Shown piece by piece: positions 17,776-27,590 of a stretch of 64,000 nt of DNA. Within the stretch, counting starts at the first letter, position 1. Every line of letters begins with the position of its first letter. The notes under the pieces are model-generated. The model did no database searches and had not been told where the DNA came from. It worked only from the letters and a program-made list of their open reading frames with translations. The stretch is from the sequence record LR745208.1, one strand, 5' to 3'. Both the position numbers and the translations under genes were made by a program.

Positions 17776-18818
17776 GTCGGATATATCCTCAGGTAGGCCG
17801 GAAATCTTGGAACCCCGTCCTTGGAAAGCTCCTGGTAAGAGATGGTCACTCGGGACCCGATTGAGGGTGGGTTCTCCCGCTCATGGTCTGAGAGCCCAGT
17901 CCCCACGTTGAGGGTAATGCCATTATCCATGACCACATCAAGGGAGCCCACTCGGTCCTTGTGCTTCCCTTTGCCCTTCTTGTAGCCGGTGACGGTTACC
18001 TCACAGTCAAAAAAGTCCTTGACCTTGAGGAGGGTATGGGAACGACCAGCTTCATAGAGGCTCCCTGGCTGCCGGAGCATGATCCCCTCATATCCGTACT
18101 TCGTAGCCAGAGCCAAGTCCCACTCCAAAGCACGTTTGTTGTCCTTGACCGGAGATTGGTCAAGGAGATTGACCAGGGCCCCTTTTCGAGGGACATAGTA
18201 GCCCATGAACTCATCACGAAGAAGTTTGACCATGGCGTCCAAGCGATCCTCAAAGGGCCCTGGGTGATTGGGCATGTCGAAGACCATGAACTGGATTTCT
18301 TCCCACTCGGCGTCTACCGGGGTTCCCTTCCTGACATAGCTCACAGTCTTCTGGAACCTCCCATTTCCAGCGAACAACTCACCATCAAGGACCACCCCTT
18401 TTGGCATCTTGTCCTTGAACCACTGGGGAGCAAAATACTCATTCCCGAGTCGGCTCCAGAAGCGTTCCCCATCCCACCATGCGCGGACCCCATCTAGCTT
18501 GTAGCTGGACCACCATCCAGAGACATCTACATCCCTGTCCCAAGTATGGGCTAAGAGACATGGAGGTACGTTCTTGGGTTTAGTTGGGGTCTTGGGCGCT
18601 GTTCCATTGACCACAGATCCACTCTGGTGGACGCTGGCAGCAGCTCCATTAGAAACGTTGGCTTTTATGTGCTTGCAAATCCGCTGGTCGATGGGTAGGC
18701 TTTGGTTTTTCCAGGCGGGGCATGAGCAGTTCACCACCCCCCCGGAATTCTTCACCACATAGGGTTTCTTGCCAGACCCCTGAACTTCGATGGACTCGCC
18801 TTCGTTGAGGTGGATCAT
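17772..18818 (-). CDS. ATP-dependent DNA ligase with an N-terminal SWIM-like Zn finger
   Basis: CSCPAW...CKHI; motif I YKLDGVRA, LDGELF, FMVFD, EGIMLR, LLKVK; OB domain ending PRFP. Confidence 0.92.
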   Translation of the reverse strand: MIHLNEGESIEVQGSGKKPYVVKNSGGVVNCSCPAWKNQSLPIDQRICKHIKANVSNGAAASVHQSGSVVNGTAPKTPTKPKNVPPCLLAHTWDRDVDVSGWWSSYKLDGVRAWWDGERFWSRLGNEYFAPQWFKDKMPKGVVLDGELFAGNGRFQKTVSYVRKGTPVDAEWEEIQFMVFDMPNHPGPFEDRLDAMVKLLRDEFMGYYVPRKGALVNLLDQSPVKDNKRALEWDLALATKYGYEGIMLRQPGSLYEAGRSHTLLKVKDFFDCEVTVTGYKKGKGKHKDRVGSLDVVMDNGITLNVGTGLSDHERENPPSIGSRVTISYQELSKDGVPRFPAYLRIYPT

Positions 18819-19150
18819 TCTTCCCCCACAGGCTCGCCATTTTCCCACACCAATTCATCCTGCCCCTGCCATGCCTGGACGGGGGTTCCAGGAGGGCAGT
18901 CTACAATGGCAACAATCGTGTATCCTCCCGCTTCGATACGTACGGGCCAAGGAATGGGCACCCCCTCTTTGAGGGGAGACAGCGTGGCCATCCAAACCCC
19001 AAGGTCTGAATAGGCCATACCAACTCTCACACCACCCTCTGGGGTCCCGATTACGAAGTCTGTGGACTCGCGATCATAGGCTAGGATTTCATCCTCATAA
19101 TCGCCCTCGATTTCAACATTGTCATCACTGTAGCCGCTCAGTTTGATCAT
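18815..19150 (-). CDS. Hypothetical protein
   Basis: Overlapping stop and start on both sides. Confidence 0.65.
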   Translation of the reverse strand: MIKLSGYSDDNVEIEGDYEDEILAYDRESTDFVIGTPEGGVRVGMAYSDLGVWMATLSPLKEGVPIPWPVRIEAGGYTIVAIVDCPPGTPVQAWQGQDELVWENGEPVGEE

Positions 19151-19449
19151 GGTGTCTTTACACCAATTCGAATCATGTTCATGGCATCATTGGGATAGGT
19201 TCGCTTGTGGTGGGCGAGAATGGCCCGGGATCCCAGGTGCCCCTCACAGGCATGGAACCTCTCTTCGACGATTATCTTGCAGCGACGGCAATCACAGGCG
19301 TAGGCCACAGGATTGGCACAGCCAGCCCCAGGATAGTCGGCGTCGGACTTCCAGAAGTGGTCACAAGCAGGTTCAGGTTCACTCACGGTGGTCCCCGCGG
19401 GGATCATTCTGTCCCTCGGTGCCAAACATGTCCTCCCCCAACATGTCAT
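19147..19449 (-). CDS. Cys-rich hypothetical protein
   Basis: Overlaps the next start; start position uncertain. Confidence 0.5.
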   Translation of the reverse strand: MTCWGRTCLAPRDRMIPAGTTVSEPEPACDHFWKSDADYPGAGCANPVAYACDCRRCKIIVEERFHACEGHLGSRAILAHHKRTYPNDAMNMIRIGVKTP

Positions 19450-19573
19450 CCAGCCAATTGTTGAAGGCCGGACAGAACATCACAGCATCGAGGTACCCGG
19501 CCGCAATCAGCTTGGGGATCTCTTCCAGGACCTTCTGGAGATTCTTGGGGGTCACTTTTTTGATCTTAGCCAT
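19379..19573 (-). CDS. Hypothetical protein
   Basis: Start revised to MAKIKK, 4 nt after the upstream stop. Confidence 0.6.
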   Translation of the reverse strand: MAKIKKVTPKNLQKVLEEIPKLIAAGYLDAVMFCPAFNNWLDDMLGEDMFGTEGQNDPRGDHRE

Positions 19574-19577
19574 CACA

Positions 19578-19805
19578 TCACCTACATGGCCGATGGAGTA
19601 CTTTTTCCGCCGCATCCACATCTCCCTTACACTTCTCAAGGGCTCTTTTGCAGTCCAAAATGCCCACATTGGTGCGCTTTCGGAGTTCTTTGACCATTTC
19701 TGGAGTGACCAAGACCGCAGGGGGCTCCACAATAGCCCGAAGCCTCACCACCTCAGCGCGCAAGACGGCTACTTCCTGTCTGAGTTCCTGCATGGCAATG
19801 AGCAT
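19578..19805 (-). CDS. Coiled coil fused to an EF-Ts N-terminal (UBA-like) domain
   Basis: VTPEMVKELRKRTNVGILDCKRALEKCKGDVDAAEKVL is the EF-Ts N-terminal signature; SD GAGGA. Confidence 0.8.
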   Translation of the reverse strand: MLIAMQELRQEVAVLRAEVVRLRAIVEPPAVLVTPEMVKELRKRTNVGILDCKRALEKCKGDVDAAEKVLHRPCR

Positions 19806-19807
19806 TG

Positions 19808-20065
19808 TCAATCCTCTCGGTGGATTAGGTAGGTGGTCGACACTTTGACTTGGACTCGGTAGTGGGAGGTCACATCGGACCCGCCAACGCCACACACGGC
19901 TACCCGAAGATCCACAGGAGTGGGGGGGTCCTGGTCTCGGAATCTGTTCCTAGTAAATGTCTCGGCGGCGATGCCAGCAGTTTGCTCCGCAACCAGGACA
20001 GCATCGGTTCGAGCTTCTCCCTGCCCCGGCATCCAGCACAAGAAATCCGTAAGTCTAGTAGTCAT
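19808..20065 (-). CDS. Hypothetical protein
   Basis: Head-to-tail packing. Confidence 0.6.
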   Translation of the reverse strand: MTTRLTDFLCWMPGQGEARTDAVLVAEQTAGIAAETFTRNRFRDQDPPTPVDLRVAVCGVGGSDVTSHYRVQVKVSTTYLIHRED

Positions 20066-20073
20066 TGGTGTAG

Positions 20074-20382
20074 TTACACTTTTGGTGCGTCTGGGGAATA
20101 TTGAGACTTCTCACCCCTTCGGGCTGCGGCATACCCAAGGGACATCTCACGGGCAAGGTTGCTGGCCATCTCCAAGATGTGTTCAACGGTTTCGTATCTC
20201 TCGACTGCCTCTACGGTTGCTCCGGGATAGTGGACGGAGATTTTCCAGTTGGACAGGTTGCCCTCCTCATCACTCACTCCGGTCTCAGTCACCGTTACGG
20301 TCATCCCATGAATGGTCCCCTGGTATTGGCGGAGAGACCGGGCATACCAGTCATCACCCAACTGGATCCACTTGTTAGACAT
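20074..20382 (-). CDS. Hypothetical protein
   Basis: Start revised to MSNKW. Confidence 0.55.
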   Translation of the reverse strand: MSNKWIQLGDDWYARSLRQYQGTIHGMTVTVTETGVSDEEGNLSNWKISVHYPGATVEAVERYETVEHILEMASNLAREMSLGYAAARRGEKSQYSPDAPKV

Positions 20383-20869
20383 CACTTGCCTTTTCGGCCC
20401 TTCGGAGCTTCTTATCTGTTGCTCGCAAGCGGGGAAGGTACTTCTTCTCAATATAGTAGTCGTCCTCGTCTACCGATTCCCCCGTCTTGAGGGACCACTC
20501 GGAACGCCAATTTCCAACTCGGAGATCACAGCGCCCCTTGGGCAAAGGTTCCTCCCAGACAACATCCTGCTCGCGAGGCATGGGAATGATGGCCAGCATC
20601 TCACACAACGGAATAGGCTCCCCCTCGAAGTCCTCCGCCCAATAGTCGGGTCCTTTCACGATGACAAGGAGGTCTGGGTACTTGTCACACAGATCATGGG
20701 CACACTTGACCGAACAGGCACGAAGTCCCGGTGGGAGGCGGATATCTTCAGTACTCACCCCAAGCCACCCCACAGGATGCAGGTTCACATGCTCATCATA
20801 GTCGCGGTTGCGCTCAAGGTGTTTGGTGGGTTCCCGTTTTCCACAGGTGTCACATACTAGCTCGATCAT
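20375..20869 (-). CDS. Hypothetical protein with CxxC motifs
   Basis: Start overlaps the upstream stop. Confidence 0.6.
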   Translation of the reverse strand: MIELVCDTCGKREPTKHLERNRDYDEHVNLHPVGWLGVSTEDIRLPPGLRACSVKCAHDLCDKYPDLLVIVKGPDYWAEDFEGEPIPLCEMLAIIPMPREQDVVWEEPLPKGRCDLRVGNWRSEWSLKTGESVDEDDYYIEKKYLPRLRATDKKLRRAEKASDV

Positions 20870-22017
20870 GGGCTTACCTTTGTGTTGCGGATCTCTGTCG
20901 AGCTGATATCCCATCGTCCCGGGACTGCTACACACAGGTCCCTGAATACGGATGGCATATCAATGTTCTCCAATTGGACAAGCCTTCCCTCGATGACTCG
21001 TCCGGCTACGTAGAAGCGGGTTCCCAATGCCAGGAACTCGTCAATCATCGGGTCCACAGGGCACCATCGGGGGTCCAGCATGCGGGCCAGAGCATCCGCA
21101 CCAAGCACGATGCCAGCACCTGGATGCTGACGGGCCTTCTCGATGTAGAGGGCATTGTCAAACCCGAACAGCACATCATGACCCCGGAGGGCACGGGCTC
21201 TGGCGAGCATCTCCGGAACGGTCAACGCGGTCTTGTGTAGAGTCTGTTGAGTGATATGGAAGACCACGGGCCTACCAGACACTCGTTCTGCCTCACGGGC
21301 GAGCCCCAGGTGGCCTTTGTGGGGAGGATTGAAGGCACCGGGGTACAGGAGCATACTGGGGCCCTCTGGTGCCTTAGAGCGGCTCCCGTCGGCGTGAAAC
21401 ATGGGATACTGGTGGAACACATCGTGACTGACCGATGTCATGGTGCGAGGACCATGAGTTACTCCATTCATGAAGGTCCGGGTCCCATAGTTGGGCATAG
21501 GGACAAAATGGTTACCTGTCATGTCCAGCACTGAGTTGAGGGCTTCCCCCTCAATGGCAAGGTCATCGGCCAAGCGGGCATCCATCCCAACACCCTTGGG
21601 GAGAGTCAGACAACGAAGGCCAACCAGGGTAGGGGTGGTGGTGGCAATCCAGGCCCGATGGTCCCCACGGTGCTCTCGAAGGGAAGCCACTGAACCTGTC
21701 ACCCCAAGACCAATGGGGGTTCCTGTCCGGGGGGAGGCAAGCGCCTTCATGTAGGCGGTGTGGGCCAGTCCCATTGCGGTCTCCGCGGAGACATACGATT
21801 CGGGGATGTATCCAAGAGTCTCAGTCGTTGCGGCGATGTCGTAGGGGAAGGATGCCCCAACCAGGAGCCCTGAGATCCCTGGAACGGACCATAGGGTTTT
21901 CTGGAGACCCGCGCATGCCCCAGTGCAGATCGCGTAAAGCCGTGGGGGCTCCTGTTGGTCCAGCAATGTCTGGATATAGGGCAGGGCTCGCTTCTCATAT
22001 TCAATTCGGTCGCTCAT
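20866..22017 (-). CDS. CinA/PncC-like domain fused to a NadD-like nucleotidyltransferase
   Basis: N-terminal CTGAC...LWSVPGISG...YVSAETAMGLA...GLGVTGSVA (CinA fold); C-terminal YPGAFNPPHKGH (HxGH) and DISSTEIR. Confidence 0.8.
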   Translation of the reverse strand: MSDRIEYEKRALPYIQTLLDQQEPPRLYAICTGACAGLQKTLWSVPGISGLLVGASFPYDIAATTETLGYIPESYVSAETAMGLAHTAYMKALASPRTGTPIGLGVTGSVASLREHRGDHRAWIATTTPTLVGLRCLTLPKGVGMDARLADDLAIEGEALNSVLDMTGNHFVPMPNYGTRTFMNGVTHGPRTMTSVSHDVFHQYPMFHADGSRSKAPEGPSMLLYPGAFNPPHKGHLGLAREAERVSGRPVVFHITQQTLHKTALTVPEMLARARALRGHDVLFGFDNALYIEKARQHPGAGIVLGADALARMLDPRWCPVDPMIDEFLALGTRFYVAGRVIEGRLVQLENIDMPSVFRDLCVAVPGRWDISSTEIRNTKVSP

Positions 22018-22024
22018 GTCTCAG

Positions 22025-22273
22025 TTACCCCCATTTAAGGCCATCATGATGGTTTTCCAGATCAAACACGAAGACACAGGTGCCCGTTTTCCACGGCTGG
22101 AAGTGCAGTTCCATGTTTCCATACTGGTAGCAGGAGGGGGTGGGGTACTTCCTCGACGTGGCCCCCTTGTGCTGAGGCTCTCCAAGGAGGGCAACAACTT
22201 CTTCCCGGGTTTTGCCCAACATTTCCTGCCAGGGGGTCATATGCCTATGTCCAGAGTAGGTGGCGGAGTTCAA
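22025..22273 (-). CDS. Small hypothetical protein (BamE/SmpA-like motif)
   Basis: GKTREEVVALLGEP. Confidence 0.5.
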   Translation of the reverse strand: MNSATYSGHRHMTPWQEMLGKTREEVVALLGEPQHKGATSRKYPTPSCYQYGNMELHFQPWKTGTCVFVFDLENHHDGLKWG

Positions 22274-22943
22274 TCAGGCGGGCGAGCCTTTTGGTCTCCG
22301 CAACCTCGTAAGCTGCCTCAAGGTCCTTGTGGAGTTTGTCCGCCTCAGCAAGTCCAGGAGTAACTTCTGCCTCTTCCTTAGACTGTACGGGCCTATACAG
22401 ATCATGCCACTTCGTCAGAGCCTCACTGATTGCCTTGTTGGTGGCAGGACGGGTCTCCTTCCACCACAGGTAGATGTCAAGGATCTCCCGCTGGTTCCGA
22501 CACTTCTCTTGCCACTCGGGAAACTCCTGGCTACAGTCTTCCTCCTGGAATGCAATGTACTCTAGGTACTTGTCTTTTCCGCCATGCTCCCTCTCGATGA
22601 ACCGCACGAGGATATTGAAGCAGCTATAGAGGATCTGGCGATCTGAGTCAATCCACCCATACCGATACGGATAGCCTTCCTCATCCTTGGGCTGTCTCAG
22701 GTCCAGCATGTGGAAGCGCCTGCTAGGAACGACATGGCACACCACCCAATCGGTGAAGTGCTCGATGGGGAGGCTTACATGCACCCGCCACCAGTGAGGC
22801 AAGTCATGGGACAGGAAGTAGCGGACGGGGTACTTCTTCTTGGCCTCAGCGTAGAAGTCCTCCCAGGTCAATTCCCCTTTCTCGCACCAGGGGCGCATCG
22901 GGAGTGCATGGGGGATGTTGGGGATTTGGAAGGGGTTTTTCAC
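22245..22943 (-). CDS. Hypothetical protein
   Basis: 232 aa ORF in the gene run. Confidence 0.7.
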   Translation of the reverse strand: MKNPFQIPNIPHALPMRPWCEKGELTWEDFYAEAKKKYPVRYFLSHDLPHWWRVHVSLPIEHFTDWVVCHVVPSRRFHMLDLRQPKDEEGYPYRYGWIDSDRQILYSCFNILVRFIEREHGGKDKYLEYIAFQEEDCSQEFPEWQEKCRNQREILDIYLWWKETRPATNKAISEALTKWHDLYRPVQSKEEAEVTPGLAEADKLHKDLEAAYEVAETKRLARLIELRHLLWT

Positions 22944-22946
22944 TGA

Positions 22947-23684
22947 TTAGTCCTCGACCTGTAGGTCAAACCGAAGGCCCGGTTCTTCCACTCGTGTCGG
23001 TGGGAGGGTTGGAGGCAGCATAGCCGCTACAGCAACGTTGAGGTCATTGATGGCTGTGAGCAGGGATGCCAGTTCCCGATATGGAAGCCCATAGGCCCTA
23101 CCTGAGCATGGGCCGATCTGGTTCCCACGATTGGCAACAAATCCAAGTAGCTTGGACACCGTCATGTCCATACTCTCTGGGGGCGAAAAGGATGCTACAA
23201 TCCAGGGCACGTCCAGGGACTTGGCAAGAGCCCTCAGGCTTTTGTGGGTCCGATTTAGGGCATCAATCACTGGGATTGAGTCAATTCTGGCCACACTTTT
23301 GAAGGTGCAGCGGAGGTTTTCATATAGTCGAGTGATGGGGTTGTCCACGGGGGGGAAAACGTGTATCCCCGGGAAAACGTCCCCATTCTTGTTGGGCTTA
23401 GATTTGATCGTCACCAGCTTCACCTCCATAGTAGGGATATACTGGAGGGACTCTCCACCTGGGGTGGTGACATACGGAACGATCCCCCGCTGCTCCGGGG
23501 AGTCTGAATCAAGACTTGTCGCGCATAGGCTCCACACCGGAGGGCCCTCATCAAATGACACCTTTACACAATCAGCCCAAGTGGAGGCTGAAAATACGAT
23601 TCCTCGTCGCCCCCTCAGCTCTGTGATTGCACAGCTCTCATTTACAACAATGTTGGTCCCGGGAACCAATTCGGTCATCCTCAT
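22947..23684 (-). CDS. Mosaic hypothetical protein
   Basis: SD AGGA; contains PNKNGDVF and LRALAKSLDVPWI segments. Confidence 0.65.
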   Translation of the reverse strand: MRMTELVPGTNIVVNESCAITELRGRRGIVFSASTWADCVKVSFDEGPPVWSLCATSLDSDSPEQRGIVPYVTTPGGESLQYIPTMEVKLVTIKSKPNKNGDVFPGIHVFPPVDNPITRLYENLRCTFKSVARIDSIPVIDALNRTHKSLRALAKSLDVPWIVASFSPPESMDMTVSKLLGFVANRGNQIGPCSGRAYGLPYRELASLLTAINDLNVAVAAMLPPTLPPTRVEEPGLRFDLQVED

Positions 23685-23727
23685 GTGGTTTCCTTGGGTT
23701 CAGGGTGCTTCGTGTTTATGTTGAATG

Positions 23728-24236
23728 TTACTCCCTATCGTAGGCTGCTTGGAGTCTTTTCTGCACAGCAAGCCAGTATGGAGCATCATATTGTGTAGGC
23801 CCCTGGGGATACTTGACCAAGTTCCTGTGGGTGAAATGCTGGTTGTATTCGGTGCTCGGCATGATCCCGATGTTCTTCTGGCACCACAGGAGCTTCTCGG
23901 CCCATGCCTGTGGGGTGTGGCGGGGGCCCTTGGTCAGGATGCGGATTTTGAACCCAATCTCTCGGGCCATGTCCAAGACCTTGAAGCCTGACTCAATTCG
24001 TGGGAGGTTGAACCACCAATCCCTCTGTGACTTGATGAGCCGGATCCGGTTCTCCAGGTAGGGGGCATCTCTGCCCCCACCGTTCCCTTGGGACCCATCA
24101 TGGCCCAGTCCAGTTGGGGTGGGGGTTCCCCGGGGAACGCCAGCTTCTGTAGGTCCAACAGCATCTGCTGACTGTAGCCCACCAGGGTCCCGTCCATATC
24201 GAACAAGCAAACCTTTTCTACCTTGTCAGTCTTCAT
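23728..24236 (-). pseudogene. HAD-family 5'(3')-deoxyribonucleotidase-like, frameshifted
   Basis: LFDMDGTL motif in one frame and ILTKGP...AWAEKLLWC in another; shift near the C-run at about 24125; no acidic motif IV seen. Confidence 0.65.
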
Positions 24237-24502
24237 AGTGACCTTGCCCATGATTGTTTGGTTTCCCCCACGCTTGCAACGCACACTGAACAGGGTCGGG
24301 GAACTGCGATTCCTTCCCAGTCAACAGCCCCACAGGTACAGCCCACTGGCCTGTTGTGAAGGAGCCGCTCATCACAATATGCAACACTGTTCCCACCGCC
24401 CGCGAGGCCTATGCGTACCAGAGCCGCCGTGCATTTGCGGACATGGCGCTTGAACCAACGGGAGTAAATCTGGCGACCACATGCACACAGGTCGCGCATC
24501 AT
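24233..24502 (-). CDS. Cys-rich hypothetical protein
   Basis: Overlapping stop and start. Confidence 0.5.
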   Translation of the reverse strand: MMRDLCACGRQIYSRWFKRHVRKCTAALVRIGLAGGGNSVAYCDERLLHNRPVGCTCGAVDWEGIAVPRPCSVCVASVGETKQSWARSL

Positions 24503-24699
24503 TTGCCCTTACACAGCACGGAGAGGTCTTTTGTGGCCTTCCCACAATCGCAATAGGCGATGGTGACCCTATCCCATCCAGCACCAAGAATCTTCGTTGC
24601 CTTGAGTCTCAGTTGGCCTTTGTTGACATGGTGAAATGCCTCTGCTGGCAGTTCAACAAACAAGGAGACCTGGAACTTCCATTGGTGCTGGTGGGCCAT
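24499..24699 (-). CDS. Hypothetical protein
   Basis: SD GAGG; overlaps the next gene. Confidence 0.55.
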   Translation of the reverse strand: MAHQHQWKFQVSLFVELPAEAFHHVNKGQLRLKATKILGAGWDRVTIAYCDCGKATKDLSVLCKGK

Positions 24700-24716
24700 A
24701 GGCGGTAACCTCTTCT

Positions 24717-24938
24717 CTACCAGCCGCCAGGACCGCGTTTACCTGTGCGGTTCGCCCCAGTGGCCAGTGCTGTACTGCTGATGTGGGTTTGCCCAAGTCT
24801 ATGGTAATCACGGGGCTTCTTGTGTTCCCGAATTGGCTCCCCGAGACTGCGCCGGAAGCCAGTTTTACCACAGTTACAGGTGTAGCAACGAAACTCGTTC
24901 GGGACTGGCTTCCAGTTATGCTTGTGTTCGTCAGCCAT
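24717..24938 (-). CDS. Small HxHxW...CxC protein
   Basis: Similar pattern to 57703..57972 (HEHTW...CACG). Confidence 0.6.
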   Translation of the reverse strand: MADEHKHNWKPVPNEFRCYTCNCGKTGFRRSLGEPIREHKKPRDYHRLGQTHISSTALATGANRTGKRGPGGW

Positions 24939-24941
24939 GTG

Positions 24942-27050
24942 TTACCCCCACGTCGCTCGTGGCAATCCCAATGCCTTGCGCTGGCTGTGAATGTAGTTCT
25001 TGCTCAGCATGATCCAGATTTCGAGCTCAAGGCTCTTCCATGGGTTGTCGAGGTTCCACTCCTCGGGGTCCAACCGGTTCAGGATGGGGTTCCCAACGTA
25101 AGGCTCTTCGGTGCTCCAATGTCGAAGCTGCCAGGGGAGTTCCTCCACCGAGGACAGCCCACACAGGACCGCAAGAGCCTCAGGGCAATCTGGTTTGATC
25201 TTGGTGTACACCGAAGCAACCGTGAGACCCTCCCCATAACAGTAGAAGTTGGTGGCTCCAGAATAGGGATTCCTGGACCCACCACAAATGAACAGGGATC
25301 CACTGTTGTACCTGGACAGGTGGCACCCCTTGTCCATGCCCACTTTGCTGTAGGCATGGAAGTGCATGTTCTTGCGGGTTCCTTGATCCAAGCACTCTCG
25401 GGTTACCATAACCAAATCCCGTGCCCAGGCCCACTCACCGTTCTTAGGTTGCAGTGATGGCAGCACAAACGTCCCCCGCACCGCAGCCTCAACTAGGGGC
25501 CCAACATTCTTGGCAACCGCCTTTTGGTACCACTGGAGAACAGCATCCTTGGTCTCGTCAAACTCCTTCAGGGCCAAGGCCTCAACAACCTTGACTTGGT
25601 TCATCCTGGCCACCCAGAGGCGATCCCGGACCAGCGTTTCTTTGGTCCCGAATGTGATGGGGTCCATGGTCTCGAACTCCACTGGGTACCGTTGAAGGCA
25701 AGACCCATTGAGGTGCCCACCCTCAAGGGTATTGTGTCCGGTCTCTTCCGACTTGGAGAAAGTGAGCCCAGTCTCTCCAGATCCCAAAGTCAGCAGTTGC
25801 TCAGCCCCAACCGGGTTGAGAACAGCCTCCGGGACCTGACTGGCATACCGCTCCATCATCCATCGATTGTAGTGCCGGGGCTCCTCTACCCACTGGTCCG
25901 CCGTAGTCTCGGCCGTAACATCTTCCCCCCGGAGGGGTGGGAGTTCAATGGGCTGGTACTGCCCGTCCTTCACAAGTGCCCCATGTGTGTCCACAAGGGC
26001 ATGGGGGTTCACAATCATCTCTCCAGTGTAGGATGTCTCTGGAAGCTGGAGGTTCTGGGTCCCATACCGCTCCTTGATCAGCTCGAAGAGCATCGTCAGC
26101 CAGACAAAGGTGTCCGGGTGCAGCTCCCCAAGAGAAGTCAGTTTGACCCCAGTGACATTGATGGGGACCAGTTCCTTCGAGTCCTTGATGTACTGGTCCT
26201 TGCCATCAGCGGGGGTCTGAAGGTCCAGGAGATCATAGGGGAACCGGTGCCGCTCTGCTCGTTTGCTAAGTATTCGGTCTGGTCGCCTGGACATCCGCTT
26301 GGCCCCTGGGTGCGGGAGGGACTCCTGGTCACAGAGAACCGTCAGGCTCTGCCCGTTCCGGATGGCAATACAGAAGAACGAGAACATGGGCTCCCCTGGG
26401 TCCCGAACCATACAGAGGGTGATCCCGGACAGCAGCTGCGCTTGCATGGCCTTGACGAGGCTGTTGACGTTCCAGAACTCATAGACCCCAGGATTGTACT
26501 TGAGGTCCTTGGTGTCGGCCTTCCCGTGCACGAATTGGTTGGCCTGTAGTGTCTCGATGGAGCGGAGGGCATCCCGACGCACATAGGCCAGTTGCAGCTT
26601 GTTGGCCATGAGCTTGTCAAGGGCCTTGTTGTGCTGCTCAGACAGACCATAGTGGGCGGAGGCAGCCCGGATCCAGCCCATGAAGTCTTCAATGGTCTGG
26701 ATCACATGCTCGTTCTCAAGGAGTTCCCGCAGTTCACGGAGGGGGGCCACTTTGGCCTCAACCTCCAGGGGCTTGGTGAGAAAGTCCATGGCCGAGATGT
26801 TGAGGTCCTTCAGGTAGGACTCGGCGGCACCCCTGAGGAGCATGAAGGTGGTGATTCCAGACGGGTCCAGCTCTTGGGCCTGATTGATGTCCTTCAAGAA
26901 GTGGTCAAGGTCCAGGTCATCCCAACCCCCATCGAAACGGACCCGGAAAGAAGTTCGGTCAGGGTTCGTTCCTGTGACGGCCATCCACTTGGTGGCCGCC
27001 TCGTTGAGGAGTTGATGGATGATGGGATCAAGCATGGCTACTTGGCCCAT
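24942..27050 (-). CDS. Large hypothetical protein (702 aa)
   Basis: Long ORF with natural composition; no motif recognised. Confidence 0.8.
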   Translation of the reverse strand: MGQVAMLDPIIHQLLNEAATKWMAVTGTNPDRTSFRVRFDGGWDDLDLDHFLKDINQAQELDPSGITTFMLLRGAAESYLKDLNISAMDFLTKPLEVEAKVAPLRELRELLENEHVIQTIEDFMGWIRAASAHYGLSEQHNKALDKLMANKLQLAYVRRDALRSIETLQANQFVHGKADTKDLKYNPGVYEFWNVNSLVKAMQAQLLSGITLCMVRDPGEPMFSFFCIAIRNGQSLTVLCDQESLPHPGAKRMSRRPDRILSKRAERHRFPYDLLDLQTPADGKDQYIKDSKELVPINVTGVKLTSLGELHPDTFVWLTMLFELIKERYGTQNLQLPETSYTGEMIVNPHALVDTHGALVKDGQYQPIELPPLRGEDVTAETTADQWVEEPRHYNRWMMERYASQVPEAVLNPVGAEQLLTLGSGETGLTFSKSEETGHNTLEGGHLNGSCLQRYPVEFETMDPITFGTKETLVRDRLWVARMNQVKVVEALALKEFDETKDAVLQWYQKAVAKNVGPLVEAAVRGTFVLPSLQPKNGEWAWARDLVMVTRECLDQGTRKNMHFHAYSKVGMDKGCHLSRYNSGSLFICGGSRNPYSGATNFYCYGEGLTVASVYTKIKPDCPEALAVLCGLSSVEELPWQLRHWSTEEPYVGNPILNRLDPEEWNLDNPWKSLELEIWIMLSKNYIHSQRKALGLPRATWG

Positions 27051-27135
27051 GTCCAGATGTGCTCACGCACCATCTTCTCCGCCTGTTTGGCAAAAGAGAG
27101 GTGAGCCCGGATGACCAGTACCTCGGTTCCGAATT

Positions 27136-27573
27136 TCACGAGGGCGCCTCGATGTCCCAGACGGACTCGAACTTGTAGCACCTGGGCTCCACCTCAATTT
27201 CGGTGAGGGGAGCCTCCCAGGCGAGGAGCACACGGGCCCGGAAGTCCGTGGGGGTTGAGCCTGTGTCGTTCATGCCGATGGTGCCATCCTCGCGCTTGCG
27301 GGCGAACCCCCAGGGCTCCAGTGCCAGGGTATGGCCACAGCTGTTGGACAGATGACGGTAACGGCCTTTGCTCAAGTCCGTGATGTAGCCGGAGTCCGCG
27401 ATGCCCAGCTCCGCGGCGGCCTTCAGGGCACCCTCCCGCCATCGGGCCTCCGCAAGCGAGACGGCCCGCTGACGCACATCTGTGTTGGTCCGCAGGGACT
27501 TGCCCCGCTTGCCAATCAGCGTGAATGTCACTCCCTCGTTGGTCTTGCGAACCAGTACCTGCAACGTCGTCAT
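27136..27573 (-). CDS. Hypothetical protein after a sigma28-like promoter
   Basis: SD AGGAG; ATG 27573. Confidence 0.7.
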   Translation of the reverse strand: MTTLQVLVRKTNEGVTFTLIGKRGKSLRTNTDVRQRAVSLAEARWREGALKAAAELGIADSGYITDLSKGRYRHLSNSCGHTLALEPWGFARKREDGTIGMNDTGSTPTDFRARVLLAWEAPLTEIEVEPRCYKFESVWDIEAPS

Positions 27574-27590
27574 GTGCTCTCCTACACCCC

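Noticed and set aside
23699-23726. dif-like site (TTATGTTGAAT resembles the XerD arm)
   Set aside because: No XerC arm at the required 6-bp spacing
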